In this document: piece after piece, positions 53,970 to 64,000 of the stretch | Layout of the letters: each line of letters starts with the position of its first letter | Numbering within the stretch: position 1 is the first letter of the stretch | Assembly: GCA_905331485.1 (NCBI GenBank) | Contig: CAJNYT010000045.1 | Location: 51,001 to 115,000, forward strand | Source of the DNA: Rotaria socialis | Taxonomy: Eukaryota | Length of the DNA stretch: 64,000 nucleotides | Direction: 5' to 3' | Notes under the pieces: generated by a model | Seen by the model: only the letters and a program-made list of their open reading frames with translations | What the model was told of the DNA's origin: nothing | Databases searched by the model: none | Translations under genes and position numbers: made by a program

Positions 53970-54448
53970 CTAAGTGAATGTTATTCCATTTTGATAGAAT
54001 TATTTCGCTAAGCGACTCTCCCTCTTTCTGTTTTGTTTGATCTCATCAATAGTTATGATGTTTTTTTTGTTTGCGTTGTGTTTGTTTGTTTGTTCTTTCT
54101 TCTTTTTTTTCTCTTCTTTGTGTGTGTGTAATTTTTTCAATAACTTTGAATATTTGACCAAAGTATATGAATAAAATAAATAATCATGTTTACGGCCACA
54201 GCACATCTCTACTAATGATAACATAATTCTTTCTAAGCCTGCTGACATGCATACGTACATCGCCTCAAGGACATTCAATGATGTATACCAAAAATAGAGA
54301 GAACGATAGAGCGACGCTCGAGTGACATATAATAATATTCGCATGCGTGTTTTGTTGTTTTCTGTTCTTTTGTTAGAGTCTCGATGTATAAACATCAACA
54401 ACAAGAACTCCGTGAAAGTAATAGTATTGTATTGGCACAGTCTAGGTA

Positions 54449-55802
54449 ATGGACGAATTAATAACAACCATTGGTAAGCGCAATTTGCTGTTATCAATCA
54501 GATTCAAGATTTAATATCAAAAATTTTTTTATGAAGGTATTGGAACATTTAGTAGAGTATTTTTAACACGTCATCGTACAGATGACTATGAAGAATATCA
54601 TGCGCTGAAAATAATGGCTATACATGATATCATCAAACTCAATCAAGTTACTCATGTAAATGATGAACGAACGATTCTTGAAAATGTCCAACATCCATTT
54701 ATTGTTAGTTTGTAAGTTCGATATGCTACTTTTGTCCATCGTTTGAGAAATGGTATTTTGTTTTCCATAGTTATGGATCCTATCGAGATAATCGCTATTT
54801 ATATTTGTCGATGGAATTTTTGCCAGGTGGTGAATTGTTTTCCTATTTTCGTCAAGTAGGTCGCTTTTATGAGCCTGTGGTCAGATTTTTTGTTTGTGAA
54901 ATCACACTTGCTTTGGCATATTTACATAGTCTTTCCATTGTTTATAGGTAAATCGAGTAGTCGTGATGAGTTTTGTCGTCTTATTGTTCTACGATACTCT
55001 ATTTTTGTTCTAGAGATCTGAAATTGGAAAATCTCGTACTCGATAGAACAGGACATGTGAAGTTAACCGACTTAGGTTTTTCAAAATATGTTCAAGATAG
55101 GTAAAGTGAAACAAAATATGCAAATTTCGAATTCAAGATAGACGTTTTTTTTTAATCTACTATAGAACCTATACACTCTGTGGTACGCCTGAATATCTAG
55201 CACCTGAAATGATTCTTGCCGCTGGTGGCCATTCATTTGGTGTTGATTGGTATGCATTGGGTATTCTTACTTATGAACTGCTCGTAGGACGAACTCCATT
55301 TGCTCCGACAGATTATCGAATTCATCCATCACATACTTTTACGAAAATTTTACATGAACCGATTCCTTGGCCAACTCTACCATCATCTCATCACGGGTAA
55401 ATGAGCATCACGACATAAGGCTTATTCATAATAATAATAATAATAATAACAATATTTTTCTAGAGTGGTTAATCGAGTTGCTCGTAATCTAATTCGAAAA
55501 CTACTCGAGCGAGATCGAACACGTCGTCTAGGTTGTATGGCGGGTGGAGTTAATGATATCAAACAACATCGATGGTTTCAAAATATTATTTGGACAGATA
55601 TTCTGGAACGAAGAGTTCAAGTACGAAAAAATTAACATTGGTTTTAAGAAATAATTAGCTATTACTTTTTCTTTTATAGCCACCCATCATACCAAAATTT
55701 GATCATCCAGGTGATACACAAAATTTCGAACTGTTTGAAGATGAACTACCTCTAGCACCAGAATGTACAAAAGAAGAATTTGATTTATTTCAAGAATTTT
55801 AA
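54449..55802 (+). CDS. PRKX: cAMP-dependent protein kinase catalytic subunit, PRKX-type (AGC kinase), ~324 aa, 7 exons: join(54449..54473, 54537..54712, 54771..54947, 55014..55100, 55166..55396, 55464..55620, 55680..55802).
   Basis: The kinase subdomains can be read directly: GIGTFSRV (G-loop), HALK (VAIK), YRDLKLEN (HRDLKxxN), [33 protein letters not shown] and [24 protein letters not shown]. The C-terminal '[17 protein letters not shown]...EFDLFQEF' matches the PKA/PRKX tail (FxxF). All exon phases are consistent, and 975 nt total is divisible by 3. Confidence 0.9.
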
Positions 55803-57169
55803 ATTGTATATATATAAATCAATCTACTAGCAATAGGCCAATAGTACATTTTCATTTTTTGCTGGTTTTTATTTTTTGTCACATTTCACAATTTTAAGAG
55901 TACAATTGATTTAGTGCAGTGATTAAAATAGATATTGTTTACTTGAAAAGTGACCACAACGAAATAATCATTTAAATCAAAGACAGTAAAAAAAAATGTG
56001 AAAACTTCGGATTTCATCGGAGAGTTATGTGTACTGCAAATGGTGCATGGGACATATGAGCCATTCTAGAATATCTGAACACCAAAATTATCATGAAAAA
56101 CTAGGCAATTTGATTTCTGGATGCAGTTTTTGTGCATTTTGAGACGGTTTTCAGACGATGTTTCGTTAGAAAGCTACGATTTAGTTCAAAACTAATATCA
56201 AATTCGGAATCAGCGTTAAAAACTGAGTCGATTTATATATGTTGTGAATAATTCTGGGAAAAATTGTTTTTTGAAAAATCCCTGTACCCCTCCTCAAGGA
56301 TGGTTTGGTCAAAAATGACAATTTTTTCGATAACTCAACCATTTCTTGAGGGATCCTTCTCATCTTCGAACTCGACCGAAATATTCATGAGATTGAACTG
56401 TGTGGAAAATTTTATCGCGATCTGACTCTCCTTTCGAAAATTATCGTGCTTGCGGCCGGCCGGACACTGACCGATTCTAGAGTGTACTCACTTTTTGAGT
56501 ACACAAAAACAAACAACATTTAAAATCGACACTACAGATATCATGTTCACCTGAATGACAGCCAGAGAAGTCAAGCTTCTGGTAAAGATATGGCAGTCAT
56601 TTTTCATACATATTTGAGATTGTTTTGATGGGCTTGTCGTAAGAGACAACTATGTTGATGGTGTATGTCTTGTGCATTATTGCTGGGGCAAGCTAACGAC
56701 AGATAATGAAGTCAACAACATTCACTAGAAACCATATTTCATAACTCTTGTTTTACTGTCAGAAACATATAGTCATAAGCTAAGACTAAACATTGAAATA
56801 ATTGGACACGTTGACGGATCTAAGTACTGTGTTGATGATGTCGTTACGACCTTAATGATAGACTTTTAATTGCCTAGAAGCTATTTTTAGGGTTATTTTA
56901 GTAAATCTCTATCAGATATTATTCATTACTCTACTTACTGATGATAGATACAATACAAGCCGATAGAATAATTATAAGCAAGATCAATTTATACTAGACT
57001 TCATTCTACGATGAAACAAAAATTGATCGTGAAGATAGTATTATTTAGTGATTCTGTATGAGATGTATGACATCCATGTGACAACTTTTACAATAAAATT
57101 CTTGCCGCTTTTTGAAGAAAGAATTTTATTATTATATCATATTAATTAATTATTTAGTTAGTTAGTTTA

Positions 57170-57931
57170 TTGTTCATGCAACATTTGAATAAAAATGCAC
57201 GAGCCTGTCCAAATCCAGAGATCATTGCTAGTCAGCTAGTGTCCATACGTAATATTTATCTTCGTCAAGAATTATATACTATTTCTAATAAAATTCAAGA
57301 ACAATACAAAGAACGTTTGCCCGCTCTTCATTTAGTTTCAATTGCAGCCTATGAACAAGTTTTTAACAGACAAGTAACATAGTAGAAATGCCTTTAAAAT
57401 AAAATCAAAAACTTGTTTTAAAAAATTACAGCCACTATCACTTCCGGAAGATTTACGAAGAAATGCCATAGAATATGGACTTAAATATTACAAACTGAAT
57501 ATGGAAAAGTTAGTAAGTGAAAAGTATTAATAATGAAAAAACAGTCTTGACATTAGACCATTTCATAATAGCGACAAGTAGAAGCACAAAATGGTCTCCT
57601 TGAGATTCCAGATCATTTTGTTTACTTAAAAAAAAATCATCAATTAAACGAAAAGAACATTACAACATCAGATGAGTCTACGCATCTAGTAACAAATCAA
57701 GATGACTTTATGTTGAATTCAACATTGTCTACTACTGATATTTCCTCTTCGCTAGTTGATACTTCTAGCAGTACAAGTTTTAACTCATTCCACACTAATC
57801 GATCGGTGACAACTCCTACTACGACCGATCAATCTTCAGCGTTAAGCAAAACTCATTCTCGTGAAAAACCACCAAAAATTATTATCCGTCGACCATCGAA
57901 TAATAGTTTGACAGCAACCGATCCAAAATGA
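57170..57931 (+). CDS. Hypothetical protein, 214 aa, 3 exons: join(57170..57373, 57432..57512, 57572..57931). Helical N-terminus and a Ser/Thr-rich C-terminus.
   Basis: ATG at 57170; donors gtaaca and gtaagt; acceptors attacag and cataatag. Exon sum 645 nt (divisible by 3). The last exon is co-frame with ORF 57710. Confidence 0.5.
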
Positions 57932-58626
57932 AGCATCTACTCAACAATCAAATAAATAATTAGAAAACATCGATTTTGTTTTATGTTGCAAATCAATAAT
58001 ATTAATGGAACAGAATAGTCAGCGTCTAGCCTTTCAATGATGTTGAGAGTGAAGAAAAAATACTTCGATAAAGTTTCAGAAGCGAAATAAAATCTTTGAT
58101 AGGCAAGTTTAAGCATTCTCTACCTTGTCAATTCATCATACTGATTCATTTTTTCCTCGATAACAAACAATGAATAGTTAAGTTATTTCATCCAGATTGC
58201 ATTCGTCTACAATATAGTCGATGTCCACTAGAGGTCACTATAGTATGTTCCATTGTATCGCATATGTTTTTTTTATTGACGTTTTCTTATTAGACAGTCA
58301 ACCATCTTTGTTTGTCGTTGTTTTTCTGTTTTTTATAATTTCGTTTTTACAGGTATCACTAGAGGTATTGGTAGCTTGTTTCATTTGATTTAACCATTTG
58401 TGAGTCATCTAATCATATAGATTTTTTTTCGCCTCTCTTCCTATTTGTTGTTAACTACGGATAGGATGATTATTATAGGAGTTTTTTTATTTGTCATGTA
58501 TCTTTGTATTCATAAGTACATACCGCCAACATTCTTTTAAAAAAGAACATTATGTACATATATGAAGAGCACTAAGACTACATCTATGCCATTTTAGATA
58601 CAAAAAAAAAATAATAATAATACAAA

Positions 58627-58830
58627 ATGTTATCAAGCATTCGTCGGTTCTTTAAATTTATTCATTGGTTATATCTTCAATATCTACTCAATACGGCATT
58701 ATATATGCTTGAGCCATGGGAACGTATACTATTTTCGACATTGTTATTTGCAATTATATCCACGGCTGTTTATTCGGCATTAGTATTTCTTCCTGTTCAT
58801 GTTCGCTCAATGATACAGATTTATTCATGA
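58627..58830 (+). CDS. SPTSSA: Serine palmitoyltransferase small subunit (ssSPT; SPTSSA/B-like), 67 aa, intronless.
   Basis: 'WLYLQYLLNTALYMLEPWERILFSTLLFAIISTAVYSALVFLPVHV' aligns with human SPTSSA 'WFYYQYLLVTALYMLEPWERTVFNSMLVSIVGMALYTGYVFMPQH'. Confidence 0.8.
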   Translation: MLSSIRRFFKFIHWLYLQYLLNTALYMLEPWERILFSTLLFAIISTAVYSALVFLPVHVRSMIQIYS

Positions 58831-60405
58831 TAAAAGACAAACATTTCTCGTAAAACATTTTTTTCTTCAAATGAATAGGGGCTACACTTCGAGCATACCA
58901 CAATTGTCAGTTTTCCTATTGTTTATATTTCAATCAGGTTACGTAATAATAAATGCAACATAACAACAATTGTTGAACCCTTTTATCTGGTCTTTTTCAA
59001 AGAAATAAAACCGTTGACTCGAGTGTAATTTTCTTTTCTTCATACAGAAAGATGAATAGCTTCTATCATTTCAGAGCTCTATTAAATGAAAATAAATATT
59101 TACCGATCTAGATAAAAACTTTGCGCATATTGAAGAGTAAATTTAAAAGGTTGATAACTACTATTGAAATTCACTAGTTCTTCATCGAGCTATTTGTTTA
59201 CTATATGCTTTTAATTATGAAAATTTAGTTGTAGTCTGAAATCTAGGATTTATTAATTATATTTGAGAGTTAAAACTTTTTACAGTATGTAGCCTTAAGT
59301 ATATGATTTCGATCAAGGTTAAGACCTATGGGGAAATTTCAAAAATATATTTTATTTTCTAATAGAAATTTAATTGATTTTGAATATTAGTTGAAGATTA
59401 CTCTACGACTTCCGCTGTTACAGTAGTGTTATTTTTCTTTTCCTTATAGTTATCAGCATAGAGAATTTTAGGCACAGACGCGTTAAGTATGCGATCTATT
59501 TCATTAGTATACTCACTATGCATAAAATATTTCTTTTGAGAGGAATATTCGTCCAAGTTCTTCTAGATGCAATTAATTTGTAGGCGTTGAAAAGATTCAG
59601 TCAGCAGTTCTCTAAAATTGATGATGAATGATTTATTTCAATGTCGAATTAGAATAGGAAAGATGTGTATTTAGTTTAGATACATATAATGGAAATTGAT
59701 CTGTTAGGTTAACTCATTTAATAGGGATATCTACTCGATTTTATAGGACCATTAAATACAAATAATGTGAATGATTATACAGAACGCATTCGTTACCTTC
59801 TCTCGTGTTGCTCATTTTACATGCAGCGTAAAAAATGACTATCAAATGCACTGCTGTCATGCATTGTGATAGTACTTGGTGTAGTCGGTGTTTTTTTCTT
59901 TCTGTCACTATTAAACATCTACACATATTTTTACTTTACGTTTTTTTAAAAATGTGACAAATTGCAAGCTATAATTAGTCCTTGAAGAGTTGATATGCCT
60001 TTATTACCAAGTATATTTTCTTGTTATTTCTTCACGATCATAATCTTCTTTTTTTCTTTCTATATTTGAAAACTAAACCGAATCGCTATCCTTTTCAAAC
60101 TTACTTCTTTTTCTTTTATATTGCAATGATGTTCACAAGCTTTGTCGTTTACTTTTGTACGAACGAAATCGCCTTTTCTTTCAACTTCACTACGTTGCTG
60201 AGGTGGCTCCCGCATATTTTTTTTTCTACTTTTCTCCATGTGAAATTGTGTATATATATATGCCTATGCAACACAACGCGCACATACGTATAGACAAAAC
60301 TTACTTTACTCCCGTGAAGAGTGTGCTACACGACCAAGTGCAGAAATCATTGTCTAGTTAATAATGAGCATTGCAACACGAACTAATTATTTGGATTCAT
60401 TAACA

Positions 60406-60807
60406 ATGGGAAATAATAATTCTAGGGTAATTATTATCTTATGTTAATCAGTTAAACTAACAAAAGCAACATTGTTATTTCAATCATATCAAACTTTAAA
60501 CTGTATTATATTTTTTTATATCAAAACCTCAATTGAATTAGTGATATACAATACCATTTTAATTTTATCTGATCTTTTTTTTCCTTTCTATACATAGATT
60601 AAGGCAAATTCACGCAAAAATACGACATGGTTTGATTCGACATATGAACACATTCAACGTGTATATCTACAATTTCTGTTAATGACGACACTATATGTAA
60701 TGGAACCATGGGAACGGGTGCTTATAATCAGTATTTTTCTCTGCATCATCGCGCTTATTTATTATGATTCCAAAATTACGTTACTATACAGAACAAAATT
60801 ATTATAA
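60406..60807 (+). CDS. SPTSSA: Second serine palmitoyltransferase small-subunit paralogue, ~76 aa, 2 exons: join(60406..60426, 60598..60807).
   Basis: Exon 2 encodes '...YEHIQRVYLQFLLMTTLYVMEPWERVLIISIFLCIIALIYY', the same core motif (Y.Q(Y/F)LL.T.LY(M/V)(L/M)EPWER). Exon 1 'MGNNNSR' is joined via a gtaatt donor and catag acceptor in phase. Confidence 0.65.
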
Positions 60808-61002
60808 TTTTTCTATCATTAATGTTAACAAGAGAATAAAGATGAGTAGTGTAAACTTTTAGCTATGCGACGGTATGACTAGTTTGGTCCAATAGGGGAC
60901 TATGATCTATACGCGAGATTCACGCAGTGTTTTATCTAGGCTTTATTGTTTGGGTGGTCGGTTGAAATTTTTGGAAGGGCTGCTGGCTAGAAAATTTGTT
61001 AT

Positions 61003-61826
61003 CATATAGTAATGGGCGGCCATTAAAGAATGGTGGTCTCATTATTTACTCAATATCGTTTTTGCCCTTCATTGATTTGAACTGAACATTTTCCCAAAAG
61101 ATTGAGCATTCAATTCTCTACAAATTCATGTGTAAAAGATTTTTTAAAGCTACAAAACGGCTAAGTACTAAAACGAAGAAAAAAGGTTAAAAAATCTTCA
61201 ACTTCCAAGCACTAAATCCGTTTTTGTTTTTGAAAATTTTCGTTCCATGTGAGGATCTACAAAAAAACTCAGTCTACCATGTTGAAGAGCATCAGATTTT
61301 GGGCAAGATTCATGTCTTCGAATTTTGTTTCATTACAAAATGAGTAAAAAATTTTGCATCAGTTTTTTTGCTTGCTCTAAAAAAAACAACTGTGATGTCA
61401 TGTTTTTTATGCTTGGACTAAAACTCATGCCATTCACTTAAAAAGTGTTATTTTTTGACAATTTGTTTTTCTTTGAAAACCAACATACTCAACTGCGCCC
61501 CTGTACACTTGTTCGAATGATGCAAAGTTTCGTTTGCAGTAGACTTTCTTGTAAACCGAAATTAAGGCGTTATGGACGAGTTTTCAGAAAATATCGATTT
61601 AATAGGCGAAGACCACTTTTAAAGAAATGTTTTTCAAAGATATCGAAAAGAGCGTACTTGAAAATACCAGAAAATGTTTCTCCCTTTTAAAAATCTTTTA
61701 CACATGAGTTTGTAGAGAATTGAATGCTAAATCTTTTGGGAAAATGTTCAGTTCAAATCAATGAAGAGCAAAAACGATATTGAGTAAATAATGAGACCAC
61801 CATTCTTTAAGGGCCACCCATTACTT
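61003..61826. mobile_element. Non-autonomous DNA transposon / large MITE (~820 bp) with ~135-bp terminal inverted repeats (agtaatggg(c/t)ggcc.ttaaagaatggtggtctcattatttactcaatatcgtttttgc...). The ~550-bp interior has no coding capacity.
   Basis: 61005-61140 and 61690-61826 are reverse complements with only a few mismatches. The internal ORF 61445..61690 is low-complexity and basic, and was judged non-coding. TSD not resolved (possibly TA/TWA). Confidence 0.6.
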
Positions 61827-62747
61827 TTATGAAATCAACTGTTTATTTTCGGATGGGCGGCGCCCACCTTGCCCATACGGTAGATAAATCACTGGATTCG
61901 CGGCTGTTTGAAGAACGTTTTACAGAAATGAATTTTTCTAGATGTGAATGTCAATACTAGACCTATTGTCCATCGATAAAGAAATTCATTCTCATATTCA
62001 CAAACATGAGTATCTGCTATCTTTAAACCTCATTTTGAGTTTTACACGTCATGACTTGTGGATAACGAGTAATAGCTTATTCCGTTGTCTAATAATTGCT
62101 TTTCTATGCTCAGATTTAATATTCTCGAGAAATGAAATACATCATAAAATTTTTTTTATCATGCCAGGCTTTGTTGACGTGCTACTAAAAATTGGTCTAT
62201 TGAATATTTGAATCAATTCTTACATATTCGGCTATTGTCTATATTCCATTTCATATTCATTATCTTCTACAATCGACAATGCCACGTATTTCTACTGTAT
62301 TAATACGATAATGAGGAATGTTTACAAAGAAACATTTTGGACAATATGCTCTTAGCAACTATAATCATTAAACTCACGATTGTTCTCTTTTATATTTCTT
62401 TTTTTTCGACAACAAACATATAATGATGTCATTGTAATTCTTTTTTTACGTTTCACTACTTTTTGAATAGAATTGTACTCAAAATGAAATTGAAGAGATC
62501 ACATTGGGGAAAGGCCAATTTACTTCGATACTGAGTAGCTGATTATACATACGTTGATCAGTGACTCGTTTTTGTTCTTTTCTTTTCTCACTACCTACAC
62601 CGACGAGCACATGTCTAGCTATTATGTTTGTATTATTGACGATATTATTCCTAGAAGAAGAAGATGAATCAATTAAACATAGAATTTCGAATTTCTTGCT
62701 TGTTTTAGATCTTTCTTTTTTTAAATTTATTTATTGTGTTGTAACTA

Positions 62748-63923
62748 ATGGATGTCGATTCTGAGCCTCTATCATCAACGACCGGAATGTCAAATTTAGA
62801 TGAAGACTTAATGGAAAGACTACGATCAATAACAACAAGTAATCATGAAGATTTAATTGCACAATTTCGTTCAACTACAAATGCGATGCTAACCGATGAA
62901 GGTTGTGCTTTTTTCCTCGAAATGAGTAATTGGTAAATTGATTAAAACCTAAAATTTTTATATTGAAACAAAAAGAAACATCTACTTAATGATTCATAGG
63001 AATTTAAATGAAGCTATTCTTGCTTATTACGATGCTGAAATGCCAACAGATAAAATACCACAAATGCGTTTTGTCGGCGATGTTACTGTTGGCGAAGGTG
63101 AAGCCATTCCACCGAATACAAAATTTGTAAAAACTTGGCGAGTAGAAAATTCTGGTAATTATTGCTTTTGAACTTAAATCAATATTTTATCTTTCAATTG
63201 TAGGTAGTGAACCATGGCCGAGTAATTGTTCATTACGTTTCGTTAATGGTGATCGACTACAGGATCGAGATGAAATTTATGTTGGCTCATTAGCACCAGG
63301 CGAACAAACAAATATATCTGTCGATATAACTAGTCCGGCTGTTTCGAAAATAGTCAGATCACAATGGCGGCTATTTACTCCAGCCGGTGTACCATTTGGA
63401 GGTAAGAGACTCAATTTCTAATTTATGATTAAATTAATTTTTTCATTTTAGATCCAATTTGGCTTATCGCTAGTGTTGAAGAAGGTGGACTAATGGGTAT
63501 AACCCAACAACTTGAACAATGCCATTCACTTGGTGGCATGAATATTAATAACTATCCACAACCTATGACCAATCAAATGACTGGTTTACCACCATCAAAT
63601 AATTTACTTTATCAAACATCTTCTACCAATCCATTTCAGAATACGAGATGTAAATAAAAAGAATTTTGCTTTCTTTAGAATAATAATTTATAAACATCGA
63701 CTTTGTTATCATTACAGGGCCTATGCCAGATGCCAATAATATACCTGGTTCTACGAATTACCCTATTGTACCTGTTACAGTAAGTTAACGAAAAAATTTA
63801 CAACATAATCATAAAATTCGTTTATAGGAATATTCTCGAACGAGTAATATTAATCATCAATCATCGGATCCATCAGCATCATCAAATGGAATGGTAGATG
63901 ATAATTCTTTAGACACATATTAA
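62748..63923 (+). CDS. ILRUN: ILRUN (C6orf106)-like protein: N-terminal UBA-like domain plus NBR1-like (FW) domain, 6 exons: join(62748..62932, 63000..63154, 63204..63401, 63454..63647, 63709..63776, 63828..63923). Late exon boundaries are approximate.
   Basis: 'MDVD...DLIAQFRSTTNAMLTDEGCAFFLEMSNW|NLNEAILAYYDAEMPTDKIPQMRFVGDVTVGEGEAIPPNTKFVKTWRVENSG|SEPWPSNCSLRFVNGD...VGSLAPGEQTNISVDITSPAVSKIVRSQWRLFTPAGVPFG|DPIWLIASVEEGGLMGITQQL' matches human ILRUN almost motif-for-motif (GCAFFLDMTNWNL..A..AYYD; TQFVKTWRIQNSG; SQWRM.T..G..YGD.IWVILSVEVGGLLGVTQQL). The first three intron boundaries are phase-checked against ORFs 62748 and 62989. Confidence 0.85.
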
Positions 63924-64000
63924 CTGAATGAAGTTCCATCTATTGTTGTGCTAGTCGAAACCGAGTGCGCGTTTACAATTTAAAAAGAAAATTCTTTATC

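Noticed and set aside
61445-61690. 81-aa basic ORF inside the 820-bp TIR element
   Set aside because: Low-complexity (F/R/K-rich), no transposase motifs, far too short for an autonomous element.

Overview
This window is AT-rich eukaryotic (metazoan) nuclear DNA, roughly 30% GC. Introns are very short (about 50-60 bp) with canonical GT...AG boundaries, and there are no prokaryotic features. The combination of compact multi-exon genes, short introns and many MITE-like elements fits a small AT-rich invertebrate genome, possibly a rotifer-like lophotrochozoan; that is a guess.

The first ~12 kb is gene-poor, holding one putative secreted-peptide gene, one hypothetical membrane-protein ORF and a hAT-like MITE. 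From 12 kb onward the window is gene-dense.

Genes I can support (I could not identify a function for 36115-37618 or 57170-57931):
- a multi-copy amidated neuropeptide precursor
- a Q/M/P-rich low-complexity protein
- a 14-3-3 epsilon orthologue (5 exons)
- a Toll-like-ectodomain LRR transmembrane protein without a TIR domain
- a giant 12-exon NO VEIN/sacsin-like gene (HATPase-like 'ELIQNADDN...GIGFKSVF' domain plus a C-terminal DUF3883 nuclease-like domain, about 2253 aa)
- an intronless E2 ubiquitin-conjugating enzyme
- an LRRC51 orthologue
- a coiled-coil CCDC66-like gene
- a PRKX/PKA-type AGC kinase (7 exons)
- two tandem paralogues of the serine palmitoyltransferase small subunit (SPTSSA-like)
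- an ILRUN (C6orf106)-like UBA+NBR1-domain gene.

Repeats and mobile DNA:
- a hAT-type MITE with a perfect 8-bp target-site duplication
- an ~820-bp TIR element with ~135-bp inverted repeats
- a composite TIR-flanked element carrying an internal palindrome and a ~32-bp minisatellite
- a GC-rich foldback element
- a 2x110-bp tandem duplication.

Splice coordinates were derived by hand from the ORF track and frame bookkeeping; expect errors of 1-2 nt at some boundaries.
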